Shown: piece by piece, positions 25,189-36,740 of the stretch | Position numbering within the stretch: the first letter of the stretch is position 1 | Layout: the number at the start of each line of letters is the position of its first letter | NCBI RefSeq assembly: GCF_001194135.2 | Contig: NC_068984.1 | Coordinates: 104,436,343 to 104,500,342, forward strand | Length of the DNA: 64,000 bases | Direction of reading: 5' to 3' | From: Octopus bimaculoides | Lineage: Eukaryota | Position numbers and translations under genes: made by a program | Notes under the pieces: model-generated | What the model saw: the letters and a program-made list of their open reading frames with translations, nothing else | The model's database searches: none | What the model was told of the DNA's origin: nothing

Positions 25189-25253
25189 TCATGCCCTATC
25201 ACCATTAATATTCCTGTTATCTCTAGCACTCTTTCTGATTACCATGGGAACAT
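25189..25253 (-). CDS. Weak candidate terminal exon of the tyrosine-motif gene
   Basis: ctaatcctccttacag| acceptor; in phase 1 it would extend the big exon as ...EYEYI-N-VPMVIRKSARDNRNINGDRA*; short pyrimidine tract, no homology support. Confidence 0.15.
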
Positions 25254-26325
25254 CTGTAAGGAGGATTAGATGGCTAAAATATATTTTTATGCAATTTTGA
25301 CCTTTGTTATCTTGTTGGTAAAATTCAAATTTTTCTGGTTTGATCTCTCTCAACAGAAGCCATTTTGTTTTTTCCTTTAACTTTATCTATCATCTCAAGG
25401 AGCTTTAAGCCAGCATAAAATCCACTTAAATTACTTGTCCCAATCATTATCATCATGTCATCATCAACATCATCGTCATCGTCATCATCATCATCACCAT
25501 CACCATCATCTCATTCTTAGATTCATTGGTTGCATGAAATGCCTGATATCAAGTCACTTTTACACTCACTTGTATTTGACTTATCGCTCCAGTTTATGTT
25601 GTACATCCAAAACAAGACAGATTATAATTTGTTTTTTTTTTCTTTTGTTAGATTGCTGGTAAAACAACAATTAGTCTCATTTTATTTTCTCCATTATTCT
25701 TCTATTTCAACATAAAAGACAGTTCAGTGTCTTTTATGTATTTATTATTGTCATTCTCTGTCAATGCTTGAATAACAAATTATCATGTTTACCTGTTCAT
25801 GTCCATCTTTCTGATGGCCATATTAGCAGTAATCAAATGATTACTTCTATGCCAATCTCAAAACATATAACCTTTGTAAATTACTGGACCTGTGTAGGTC
25901 AAACAAGTTTCACTGTCTGCACTCACTGTAAACAGCCAATATTTCTGTCCTCCTCTCTTTCACACTTTCTCTTATTCCTTCTCTCTCTTATTCCTTCTAT
26001 CTCTTATTCTACCTCTCACTCTCTCTCCTATTCTGTCCCCAACTCTTTCTTTTTTTCACCCAACCATCCATCTCTATAATGTGTATCTGCTAAAGTCGTA
26101 TTTCATTGTTCTATGTATTTCCTCAACCTTCAACTTGTTGCAGTTTCCCTTTCACATCCTGTTTCTCATTTTCCTATGACTTTATTTACTATAAACAATA
26201 AGTTGTGTTTCTGCAATTCTTGGTGAAAACAGCTCAGTTTACAATTAAACTGATGCAAACCACAGAGCGCCTAAGGCAACACCTTGTCTTAGTGTCATGA
26301 TTAATAAACCGGATCATCTTTCTGC

Positions 26326-26677
26326 GGGGTTAATACAAGTTCCCAGCTGCAATACTGAGGCCAACACAGGCCTCCAGGTGCAATAAAAAGACTTTCATCT
26401 GCAATACTAACACAAGTCTCTGTCTGCAAGACTGGGATTGATACAGACTTCCTGTTACAATGCTGGTGTTAACACAGGTCTCCAGTTGCAATACTGGGGT
26501 TAACATGAGCTGCCATCTACTAGGGCTAGTACATGCCTCAAGTTGCAATAGTAGTGCTAATACAAGTCCTCAGCTGCAATACTGGGGCTAATATAGACCC
26601 TCAGCTGCTATATAAGGGCTAGCACAGGCCTCCATCAGCAATACTAAGGTTAATACAGACATCAAGCTGCAATCCTC
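26326..26677. repeat. Old 31-bp minisatellite, ~11 diverged units
   Basis: Consensus ggggctaatacaggcctccagctgcaatact; non-triplet period. Confidence 0.8.
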
Positions 26678-27357
26678 CCAGATTTTTCTACTCATTTATT
26701 CTGAGTTGTCATTAGACTACGGCCATATTGGGGCTCTATCTTCAAGAGTTTTCGTCAATTATTCTGACTTCAGTATTTTGTTAGGTGCTTATTTTATTGC
26801 TCTTGAAAACATAAAAGGTAGAACTGACCTGGGTAGGATTTAAATTCAGTGCATAAAGGTATGTGGTTAAATGTCTCTGATATTTTAGCAATAAAGAAAT
26901 AATTTTATCACAATACCTGGATGGTCTCTTTCTGTTCATTATTTCCTGGTGTTAAAGTCAAATCATTTCTTGACAATTCTTTTTCATTTTTTATAGTTTT
27001 ATGTGTAACTGAAAGGAAAAAGAAACAATAATGAAGGAGGAGTTGTATTTTGGTATGAAGTTAAAAATGGTTGATGTAATAAATGTGTAAGCTAAGATAT
27101 CTAAAAGACTAGAATAATAAAAGTTTAAAACTAAGGTGACTATGGTTAAGCCCAGGGATCAACAAATTTCTTATATCATAGATCCCTTCATGAAATCATT
27201 GATAAGTTATTGACCTGCATCAAGTAAATTAAAAAAATAAAATTAATAAATATAATTAATAAAATGTTCTTGATTTATAAGGCAATAATTTCTTCATTCT
27301 TTTGTGTCATTACTGCTTTTTAATAAGGAATATTTAAAAAATTTAATGATAATACTT

Positions 27358-27760
27358 AGGAGTGGCTGTGTGGTAAGTAGCTTGCTTATGAACCACATGG
27401 TTCCGGGTTCAGTCCCACTGCGTGGCACCTTGGGCAAGTGTCTTCTACTATAGCCTCGGGCTGACCAAAGCCTTGTGAGTGGATTTGGTAGACGGAAACT
27501 GAAAGAAGCCCGTCGTATATATGTATATATATATGTATGTGTGTATATGTTGTGTATCTGTGTTTCTCCCCGCCAACATCGCTTAACAACCGATGCTGGT
27601 GTGTTTACGTCCCCGTAACTTAGAGGTTCGGCAAAAGAGACCGATAGAATAAGTGCTAGGCTTCCAAAGAATAAGTCCTGGGGTCAATTTGCTCGACTAA
27701 AGGCGGTGCTCAAGCATGGCCGCAGTCAAATGACTGAAACAAGTAAAAGAGTAAAAGAGA
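27358..27760 (+). mobile_element. SINE family A, best-preserved copy
   Basis: A-box-like TGGCTGTGTGG 27363-73, B-box-like GGTTCAGTCC 27406-15, then ccttgggcaagtg (resembles the CORE-SINE motif), internal (TA/TG)n, A-rich tail. Confidence 0.85.
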
Positions 27761-28359
27761 ATATTGATAAAGAACAATAAAAATTCAGTCATATTAAATG
27801 AGAAATATGTATCTGGTGAATACTAGTTATTGTATTGATATATGGTTGGAAATTAGCAAATCTTAGCTTTAAACCACTATGCTCTTCAAGATTCAGTTTG
27901 TTAATAATTCAGTACCCTTAATGCCCAGAATTGTTTCCGGTGTTTATCAATCCCTTGAATAGCCACATAGATCCAAGGAGTCAATATTACCACTCTGTTG
28001 ATCACTAGTTTGAGCCTTATGAAATGTAAAATTTATACTTTTCCAAATGCAAACATTACAAAAGCCTGTTTGTATACCTATTTATTTTTTTTCCCACTAG
28101 TTTCAGCTTGAGAGCAGCAACCATGCAGGGGTACCACTGTTATATGTGTGTGCTTGGTTTTGTAAAACTTTCAACCTTTTATGTTAAAAATCAATTTAGC
28201 CATCCAATAGAGATTGGTAAAATGACTATTAGACTGAAATAAGTTTCTTTAGAGTGGTTCCCCAGCACAGTTGCAAGCCAATGACTGGAACCAGTAAAAG
28301 AATGAAAGAATGAAATGAAATTCAAATGTGATGTAAGATAGCCTGTGGTAGGTTTTAAT

Positions 28360-28406
<47 letters not shown>

Positions 28407-28942
28407 NNNNNNNNNNNNNNNNNNNNNNNNNNNNNNNNNNNNNNNNNNNNNNNNNNNNNNNNNNNNNNNNNNNNNNNNNNNNNNNNNNNNNNNNNNNNNN
28501 NNNNNNNNNNNNNNNNNNNNNNNNNNNNNNNNNNNNNNNNNNNNNNNNNNNNNNNNNNNNNNNNNNNNNNNNNNNNNNNNNNNNNNNNNNNNNNNNNNNN
28601 NNNNNNNNNNNNNNNNNNNNNNNNNNNNNNNNNNNNNNNNNNNNNNNNNNNNNNNNNNNNNNNNNNNNNNNNNNNNNNNNNNNNNNNNNNNNNNNNNNNN
28701 NNNNNNNNNNNNNNNNNNNNNNNNNNNNNNNNNNNNNNNNNNNNNNNNNNNNNNNNNNNNNNNNNNNNNNNNNNNNNNNNNNNNNNNNNNNNNNNNNNNN
28801 NNNNNNNNNNNNNNNNNNNNNNNNNNNNNNNNNNNNNNNNNNNNNNNNNNNNNNNNNNNNNNNNNNNNNNNNNNNNNNNNNNNNNNNNNNNNNNNNNNNN
28901 NNNNNNNNNNNNNNNNNNNNNNNNNNNNNNNNNNNNNNNNNN

Positions 28943-28973
<31 letters not shown>

Positions 28974-29315
28974 TAAATATAGGATAGTGGTACAACAATG
29001 CACCAATATTTACTGGAATTAGCAGTCGATAATATATGACGCTATAGTAAAGCTTCACTGTATATATATACTGGCATATATCTGTGTGTGTATGTGTGTG
29101 TCTTTGAGTCAGTTTTTTTCCCTAAATCATTGCTTGACAATCAGTGTCAGTATGTTTATGTCCCCATAACTTAGCAGTTCAGCAAAAGAAACTGATAGAA
29201 TGAGTACAAGCTTTAAAAAAGTCTGGCGGTCGATTTCTTTGACTAAAACCCTTCAAGGTGGTGCTCCTGCACGGCTGCAGTCAAATGACTGAAACAAGTA
29301 AAAGAATAAAAGAAA

Positions 29316-29351
<36 letters not shown>

Positions 29352-29707
29352 TATATACATTTATAAAACAAATTTTACAAAATATATAGTATCTGTTAAC
29401 AGTCTTAGCAAAAAGCTCACAGTTGAGTTTTTGTATATATATATGTATACATGTCTCTTAAAGGATAGAGCTCAAAATCAATGCATTGAAGATACTTTAT
29501 TGCAGCAACAATTACAATAACAGAAACAACCACAAAAGCCAAACCTATGCACATTTCAATAGGGTATCCCGGATAAATAAACCACATCATAAGATGTCTC
29601 GTAAAATATTGTAACAAATTACAACATATTACAAATTTCTGGATACTCCATCTCTTCAGGGTCGCATTATTGCCACCACCAATACTATTATTAGCAAAAC
29701 ACACAAA

Positions 29708-29790
29708 ATAAATAAAGAAATGGAGTCAAATGCAGGTTTTATTCAAATCATTTGAATAACACCTGCGTTTGACTCCATTTCTTTATTTAT
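29708..29790. repeat. 83-nt near-perfect palindrome
   Basis: 41-bp arms with 2 mismatches around a single C at 29749. Confidence 0.9.
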
Positions 29791-30259
29791 CCATGTTATA
29801 CAAAAACATTTCACTTAACCCAGGAATTTCTACTGTTATAAGTAGGCTGTAATATCCTTGGCACTTATGTGAATTTTTGCTACCCTGGTAACTATTTATT
29901 TATTTATTTTTTCTTTGTTATTTGTATACATTGAAAAACACACGTACATTTATATATATATAAATATATATACATATATAAAAGTACACACACAGTTGTG
30001 TGTGTGTGTGTGTGTGTGTGTGTATTCTATTGTTCTATCATCAGTTTCAGCCAGTGGCTATGGTTGTGCTAGGGCATCACCACTATTCAATTTTTATTTT
30101 TTTCCCTTGTTGGTGACAGTTGTGTTAAAGACATTCTTACAAGAAATAGAGAATAAGACTACAGATTGCTTGCAGACTGTTACAGAAAATAAATTGGAGA
30201 GAGAAAAGAAGAGAGAAAGAAGTATTGAAGAAAAACTATTAGTTCCTATGGTGATCAGT

Positions 30260-30606
30260 CTATTTTTTGGTGTGTTCATCATAACCCTTCTTCTATCAGC
30301 ATTTCATCTCACTAGGGAATTTCTCAAAACATGTCTTGCAGACAGGCTTCATGTCAAATTCAGAGAATTTGGTTTTCTGGCTCATCTTCCTGTCATAGAC
30401 AGATCAAGCAAAATGTCTGACACAACAGTCTTTGTTAAAGGCAGTAAAGGCATCTCCAGCTACAATATTGTTACAAAGCAAATATTTCCAAAAAGCTGGT
30501 GATAATGTGTCTCACAGTAAGCTATATTCTTCTCATAATATCTGGTGCTCAGAAATGGTTTCTCACATTTGGCACAGACAAAGTACTCAACATGCCAGTA
30601 TTTTTT
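30260..30606 (-). pseudogene. LIMS1: PINCH/LIMS1 processed pseudogene fragment (LIM4-LIM5 and C-terminus)
   Basis: [110 protein letters not shown]; matches recalled [27 protein letters not shown]...KFVEFDMKPVCKKCYEKFP; frameshift near 30475, stops at 30404-06 and 30293-98. Confidence 0.9.
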
Positions 30607-30609
30607 ATG

Positions 30610-31570
30610 TTTTATCTTTTACTTGTTTCAGTCATTAGATTGTGGCCATGCTGGAGCACCACATTGAAGAGTTTTTAGTTAAATGAATTGACCCAAGTAC
30701 TTCTTTTAAAGCCTGGTACTTAAAACTATCAGTATGTTCCAAACCACTCTTGGTGTGTTTACATCCTTATACCTTAGTGGTTTGGCAAAAGAGACCAATA
30801 GGATAACTACTAGGCTTAAAAAACAATAAATACTGCGGTCAATTCATTTGGCTGAAAACTCTTCAAGGTGGTGCCCCAGCATGGCTCAGTCTAATGACTG
30901 AAACAAGTAAAAGCTAAAAGATATTCTTTTATTCTTTTACATGTTTTCCTCATTTGACTGTGGCCATGCTGGAGTATCACCTTAAAAAGCTTTAGTTGAA
31001 GAAATTGACCCTAGGACTTATTCTTTGTAAGCCTTGTACTTATTCTATCAGTCTCTTTTTACTGAAACACTAACTTATCAGTTGTCAAGTGATGGTGAGG
31101 GGGACAAATAAAGACACACACATAAATATACATATATATATATATGGCTGTGTGGTAAGTAGCTGGGCGCAGGAGTGGCTGTGTGATAAGTAGCTTGCTT
31201 ACCAACCACATGAATCTGGGTTCATTCCCACTGCGTGGCACCTTGGGCAAGTGTCTTCTACTATAGCCTTGGGCCGACCAATGCCTTGTGAGTGGATTTG
31301 GTCGATGTAAACTGAAGGAAGTCCGTCGGATATATGTATATATATATATGTGTGTGTATATGTTTGTATGTCTGTGTTTGTCCCCCCCCCCCCNNNNNNN
31401 NNNCATCGCTTGACAACTGATGGTGGTGTGTTTACATCCCCGTAACCTAGCAGTTCGGCAAAAGAGACTGATAGAATAGCATACAAAGAATAAATCCTGA
31501 GGTCGATTTGCTCGACTAAAGGCGGTGCTCCAGCATGGCTGCAGTCAAATGACTGAAACAAGTAAAAGAG
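30610..31570. mobile_element. Cluster of four nested SINE family A pieces in both orientations
   Basis: - 30610-30720, + 30740-30920, - 30925-31130, + 31145-31570 (duplicated head). Confidence 0.75.
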
Positions 31571-31639
31571 TATATATATATATATATATATATAGTTTTA
31601 TATATATATATATATTTATATATATATGTTTTATCCCTA

Positions 31640-31834
31640 GTACTGCCTGACTGGCCTTCGTGTGGGTGACATGTAAAAGCACCCACTACACTCTCTGAGT
31701 GGTTGGCGTTAGGAAGGGCATCCAGCTGTAGAAACTCTGCCAGATCAGATTGGAGCCTGGTGTTGCCATCCGGTTTCACCAGTCCTCAGTCAAATTGTCC
31801 AACCCATGCTAGCATGGAAAGTGGATGTTAAACA

Positions 31835-31866
<32 letters not shown>
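31640..31866 (+). mobile_element. RTE 3'-end fragment
   Basis: Same 3' UTR as 6884-7070, ending in (GAT)n. Confidence 0.8.
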
Positions 31867-31869
31867 ATA

Positions 31870-33650
31870 TATAGTTGAAATTTACAGAAAAACAAAAGAC
31901 GAAGACAGGTGTATTAGTTTGATGCTTGGGATGGTGAGAAATTTTTATACATTTCAAGCCTACACTCTTCAAGAGAAAGGAACATGAGGAAATAAACAGA
32001 GAGAGAATAAAAAAAAAAATTGTGGATTTAGCAGGCAATCATGGTGATTGGTTAGAAAAGGTAGTTAGATAGGAAAGCTAGGAAGAAGGGGTGATAATAA
32101 AGTACTGGTGATCTCAAAACGAAGGTGTGCATGTGTGTGTGGATGGGGGCTGGTGACTTTAACGTGTGGATGAGTGTGTGTGGAAGTGCGTGCGTCAGTA
32201 ATGTGTGGGTGTGTGGATGATGGTGCGAGTACTGGTAAGTGGTTAGTGCTAGAGTGCGGAGTAGTATGGGGTGGTGTGATGTGGTGTGGCAGTGTGGGGA
32301 TGCGGGTTTGGCGTGAGGATGTGGGGGTGAGGATGTGGAGGTGTGGGGGTATGGGTGGATTATGTGGGAGTGTGTGGATAGGGGTATCAATGAAGGGAGA
32401 AAGTGGGTAGGAGTGAAGAGAGGAAGTAAATGTCAGGGCACGAGAGGAGAGGTGGGTAGGAGTGAAAAGAGGAAGTAGGTGTCAGATGAAGAGAAGAGAG
32501 GAGGGGAGTCAGATGAAAAGGAGAGGAGAGTCGAGCCCATGTGGCGCAAAGGAGCGAAAAGAGAAGATTAATTCCTGTTCATGACAAAGGTGGGAGTCTG
32601 GATAGCTCCTGAGCAAAGACAATCCAAACACAGACAGGTGTTGTAATGAATGACCAGTAGAGCGGAAATGGCATGAAACTGGGGCGTCATTGCCAAGTCT
32701 AACGTCTCGGAGGTGCTCTGCGAACCAGTCAGCCAAGTGGCACCCCGTTTGACCGATGTACAGAAAAGGGCAGAAAGAGCAGGAGATGCAGTAAATGACG
32801 TTGCTATAAGTGCAGGTAAAGGAGTCAATGATATGACAGGGATGATGACAGGTGTCTGTGAGAATAGTGGTGTTGGAGAGGTAGGGGCAAGTGCAGCAGT
32901 ATGGGTGGGAGCAGGGTAACGAGCCAGGTTTGGAGGTGGGGTAGGGAAGAAACAGTGGACCAGGAGGTCATGTAGGTTGTGGGCTCATTTGAAGGAGGGA
33001 AGGGGTAGGTTGAGGAAGATGTGCAAAGTGGAGGAGTCGGATTGGAGTCACCGGAAGGCTCAGGGAATGGTGTCTTGGAGGGGCAGGGTGAAGGAGTGGT
33101 AGGTGAGGGGAAACGGGAGATGGGCAACAGCGGAACAGGTGTGAGGAGAGAGAGCAGAGGCATGGTCCATGGAATGTGCTCTGGCATATCCACGAAGGAT
33201 GAAGTAGCAAACCATGAGTTCAGACTGAGTCTCAAAGTCATGGAGAGCTTGGTGTGGGTAGGGTGGGAGGAGGAGAAGTTGAGGTATGAGTGTGAGTTGG
33301 AGTGTTTATAGTGGATGGAGGTAGTGAGATCAGAGTTGTGTATGTTGACCGATATGTCGAGAAAGGTGATGGAAGTGTTGGAAATGGTGCAGGAGAATTC
33401 GAGGGCAGGATGAAAGGATTGGACAAAAGAGAGGAAGGAGTCTAGTTGTTTGTGAGAGACCAAGGTAGCACGAATACAGTCATCAATATAACAACCGTAT
33501 AGTGAGAATTTACAAAAAAAAAAAAAAAAGACGAAGATGGGTGTGTAAACAACAAACAGATATATTAGTTTAACGCTCGGGAAGTGAGAAAGTCTTTTAC
33601 ATTTCAAGCTTATGCTCTTCGAAGGAAAGGAACATGGGACTAGTGAATCT
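31870..33650 (-). mobile_element. Penelope-like element (RT C-terminus + GIY-YIG) bracketed by direct terminal repeats
   Basis: YIDDCI...FVQSFHPALEFS...ITFLDISV...HYKHSNSHSYLNFSSSHP; NVIYCISC..LYIGQTG..LADWFAEH; ~140-bp direct repeats 31870-32010 and 33510-33650. Confidence 0.85.
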
Positions 33651-34180
33651 TGAAAATATTTGGGCCTCAACATAGCCAATGAACAGGTTCACATAGTTGG
33701 AGCCCATTCTCATTACCATGGCCACTTCCGAGNNNNNNNNNNNNNNNNNNNNNNNNNNNNNNNNNNNNNNNNNNNNNNNNNNNNNNNNNNNNNNNNNNNN
33801 NNNNNNNNNNNNNNNNNNNNNNNNNNNNNNNNNNNNNNNNNNNNNNNNNNNNNNNNNNNNNNNNNNNNNNNNNNNNNNNNNNNNNNNNNNNNNNNNNNNN
33901 NNNNNNNNNNNNNNNNNNNNNNNNNNNNNNNNNNNNNNNNNNNNNNNNNNNNNNNNNNNNNNNNNNNNNNNNNNNNNNNNNNNNNNNNNNNNNNNNNNNN
34001 NNNNNNNNNNNNNNNNNNNNNNNNNNNNNNNNNNNNNNNNNNNNNNNNNNNNNNNNNNNNNNNNNNNNNNNNNNNNNNNNNNNNNNNNNNNNNNNNNNNN
34101 NNNNNNNNNNNNNNNNNNNNNNNNNNNNNNNNNNNNNNNNNNNNNNNNNNNNNNNNNNNNNNNNNNNNNNNNNNNNNNNN

Positions 34181-34224
<44 letters not shown>

Positions 34225-34414
34225 ATGGGCTATTGTTCAGTCCCACTGCATGGCACTTTGGGAAAGTATCTTCTACTGCAGACCCAGGTTAATGAAAGCC
34301 TTGTTGGTGGATTTGACAGGAGGAAACTGAAAACGAACTTCACTGTATGTGTGTGTCTGTGTGACTACATGTGCACGTGTGTGTGCATGTATATTTATGT
34401 ATACACACACACAC

Positions 34415-34675
34415 ACGGCAAAGGCCTAGTGGTTAGGCTGTTGCACTCATGATTGTTAGATTGTGGGTTCAATTGCTAGAACAGGCAGCACATTGTATTC
34501 TTGAGCAAAACACTTCATTTCAGATTGCTCCAGTCCCCTTTCGATCAAGGGGGAATTTTGGCTTGGTCAATTAACCAGTGGAGTTACCTCATTTGGTGGC
34601 TAAGATGATGCAAAATGCATTGTGACCAGCGATGTGTAACAACGTCTGATAGTCTAGTCGGTCACGTGGTCATAT
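34415..34675 (+). mobile_element. tRNA-derived SINE, family C
   Basis: ggcctagtggttagg...gtgggttcaattgc...cttgagcaaaacacttcattt. Confidence 0.6.
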
Positions 34676-34699
34676 ACATACACACACATACAATATAAT

Positions 34700-34923
34700 T
34701 GATAGGCTCCGATTTCTAGTTCTTGTGTGGGCTTGAATCAGCTATTTTTGCACATGTGGTTTACATAGGTTTTTAGTTATAAGGGTAGGCGTTTTCCCCA
34801 AACTTTCATTTCATATTTCAAAAAATATTCAGACGGTGGATATTTCCAAAGAAAATCAGGTTCAGTTTACCAACTGATGATCAGAAATAAGTAACTGTGA
34901 GTACTGGAAATTGGAGCCTTTCA
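34700..34923. mobile_element. MITE-like element
   Basis: Imperfect 21-bp TIR TGATAGGCTCCGATTTCTAGT / ACTGGAAATTGGAGCCTTTCA; TSD unclear. Confidence 0.5.
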
Positions 34924-35139
34924 GATATAGTGTATTAAAGAATACTCTACATTTATCTTCAGTCTAGTGTGTGTTTTTGCATGTGTGTGTATGTTGTTTT
35001 TCTGAATAGGTAAGCATCTGTATGTATGTGTGCATGTGTGTTCCCACATATGTGTGTGCATATCTATGTGTTCGTTTGTGCGTGCATGTGTGTGTGTGTG
35101 TGTGTGCGTGCGTGCGTATGTTTGCGTGTATGCAAGTGT

Positions 35140-36280
35140 GATTGTGTGTCCTTGAAGAACTACATAGTCAAGTTCAATAAGAAATTATATAGGAACGTCC
35201 AAGAAGCAGTTGTTGGTGCCAGTGTAGCTCGGGATGTGGCTGGCCTTTTCATGACCTGGTGGGACAAAAAAACATAGGCAATCCCTAGATGAATACTCTG
35301 TAGCTGTAATACTATACTGTAGATATGTAGGTAATATTAACATTATTGTTAGGACAATTCCAGGTAGTGATACTAAGGAAGCTGAGAGGAATACAATGGA
35401 AAACGTCCAGTGCATAGCTAACTCCATCCACCAGAGTATCAAGGTAATGATAGACTACCCCTCTAAGGACACTAACAATAGACTCCCTGTCCGTGATACT
35501 GAAGTTTCGTTAGAGACTACAAACTACAAGGTTCAACTCCTCCCCTTATTTATATGAAATCCATAACTTCAAAATATGTTATTCATAAGAACTCAGCTTT
35601 ATCACACAATGATAAGATAAACATACTTATAGCAGATTTAGTTAGGATAATGAATAACTTATGCCCTGTGTGCAAACCTTGTGAAATAAAAGAGACATGC
35701 ACAGGACTTAATGTACCACATTCAGTCCTCTAGCTACAGCCAAAGTGTACAGTGGAGTAGGAAGAAGTTAGATGACATTATAAGAAAGGAAACCAGTGGA
35801 ACGTTGCTTCGATATTGAGGCAAATAATGTAAAAGAATAAAAAGAATTAGTGATAAAGCAAACAGAATAAATACATGGTACAACAAAGATATTTCAAGGG
35901 ATAATGTTTGTAGATGCTATGCTACATGGGGAGTTATCCCTAGGTTTAGGAAGATTATGAAGGAAGTTAAACTCAATATTGAAGTTGTAGAAAAACCAGG
36001 GTGGTCCATCAGATTACAATTATGTAAGATATACTCCTTTGCAAAGAGCACATATCCTGATAGGAACTGCATTGTGTGTATTTTCAGCCCTAGTATTAAC
36101 TGTAAGACCAGGAATGTAGTCTACTGTATAAAATGCATGGAGGATGATGGTATGAACTGGAATAAGGCATATTTTGGGGAGATTTCTAGGAGTTTAGCTG
36201 AGAGGCTAAATGAACACTGGCAGGAGTATAATGACAGGATACTCTACCAACATGTCAAAGATCAACAAACACACACTGAC
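35140..36280 (+). mobile_element. Penelope-like element (decayed RT + GIY-YIG)
   Basis: KNYIVKFNKKLY...VAGLFMTWWDK; CKTRNVVYCIKC...YFGEISRSLAERLNEH. Confidence 0.8.
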
Positions 36281-36740
36281 CATTTTTGCACTCTCTTGCC
36301 TTCAAAAACCACATTCTCTATCTCTCTCTGTCTGCCAGTCAGTTATTTTTTGGCCATATAACAACATATGTGCTTTTCTCTGGACTATTTGCTCCTCTCT
36401 CCTTTACCTCTTCTCTGGACCTTTCCTTTTATCCGGCAAAGTGCCATGCTCGAAATGCCATTTCTACTCTTATTTTTCCATCTAAAACTTTCACTGAGCA
36501 TTTATCTAATATACTCACTGTGTATGTCCAACTGACTTTTGTTATTTTTCCTGTTTTTTTGTTCATGAATTTGCCTACACACACACACAGATATACACAC
36601 ACACCTTAAAGACGTCTAATGAAATATTTATAAGAAAATAACAGGCAATATAAGAACAATTTGAACAAAAGAATTCCATGTTATGGATTGAATATTGTGT
36701 TAACTTTGATATAAAAATAAATAAAACTGAAAATATTTAC

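Noticed and set aside
27358-27425. tRNA-like sequence
   Set aside because: It is the SINE head; no complete cloverleaf and it continues into the SINE body in many copies
29630-29670. Minus-strand CTGAAGA...GAAA hammerhead-like motif; also reads DPEEMEYPEI before a GT
   Set aside because: Helix II is out of register and helices I/III are absent; no acceptor between the upstream stop and the peptide
29915-30502. 195-aa plus-strand ORF with an apparent transmembrane segment
   Set aside because: It is the antisense frame of the PINCH pseudogene and its 3' UTR plus a (GT)n start; no independent homology or splice support
15954-34452. Long X-filled ORFs at 15954-16947, 20549-21674, 28249-29058 and 33660-34452
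   Set aside because: Artefacts of N gaps and dinucleotide microsatellites
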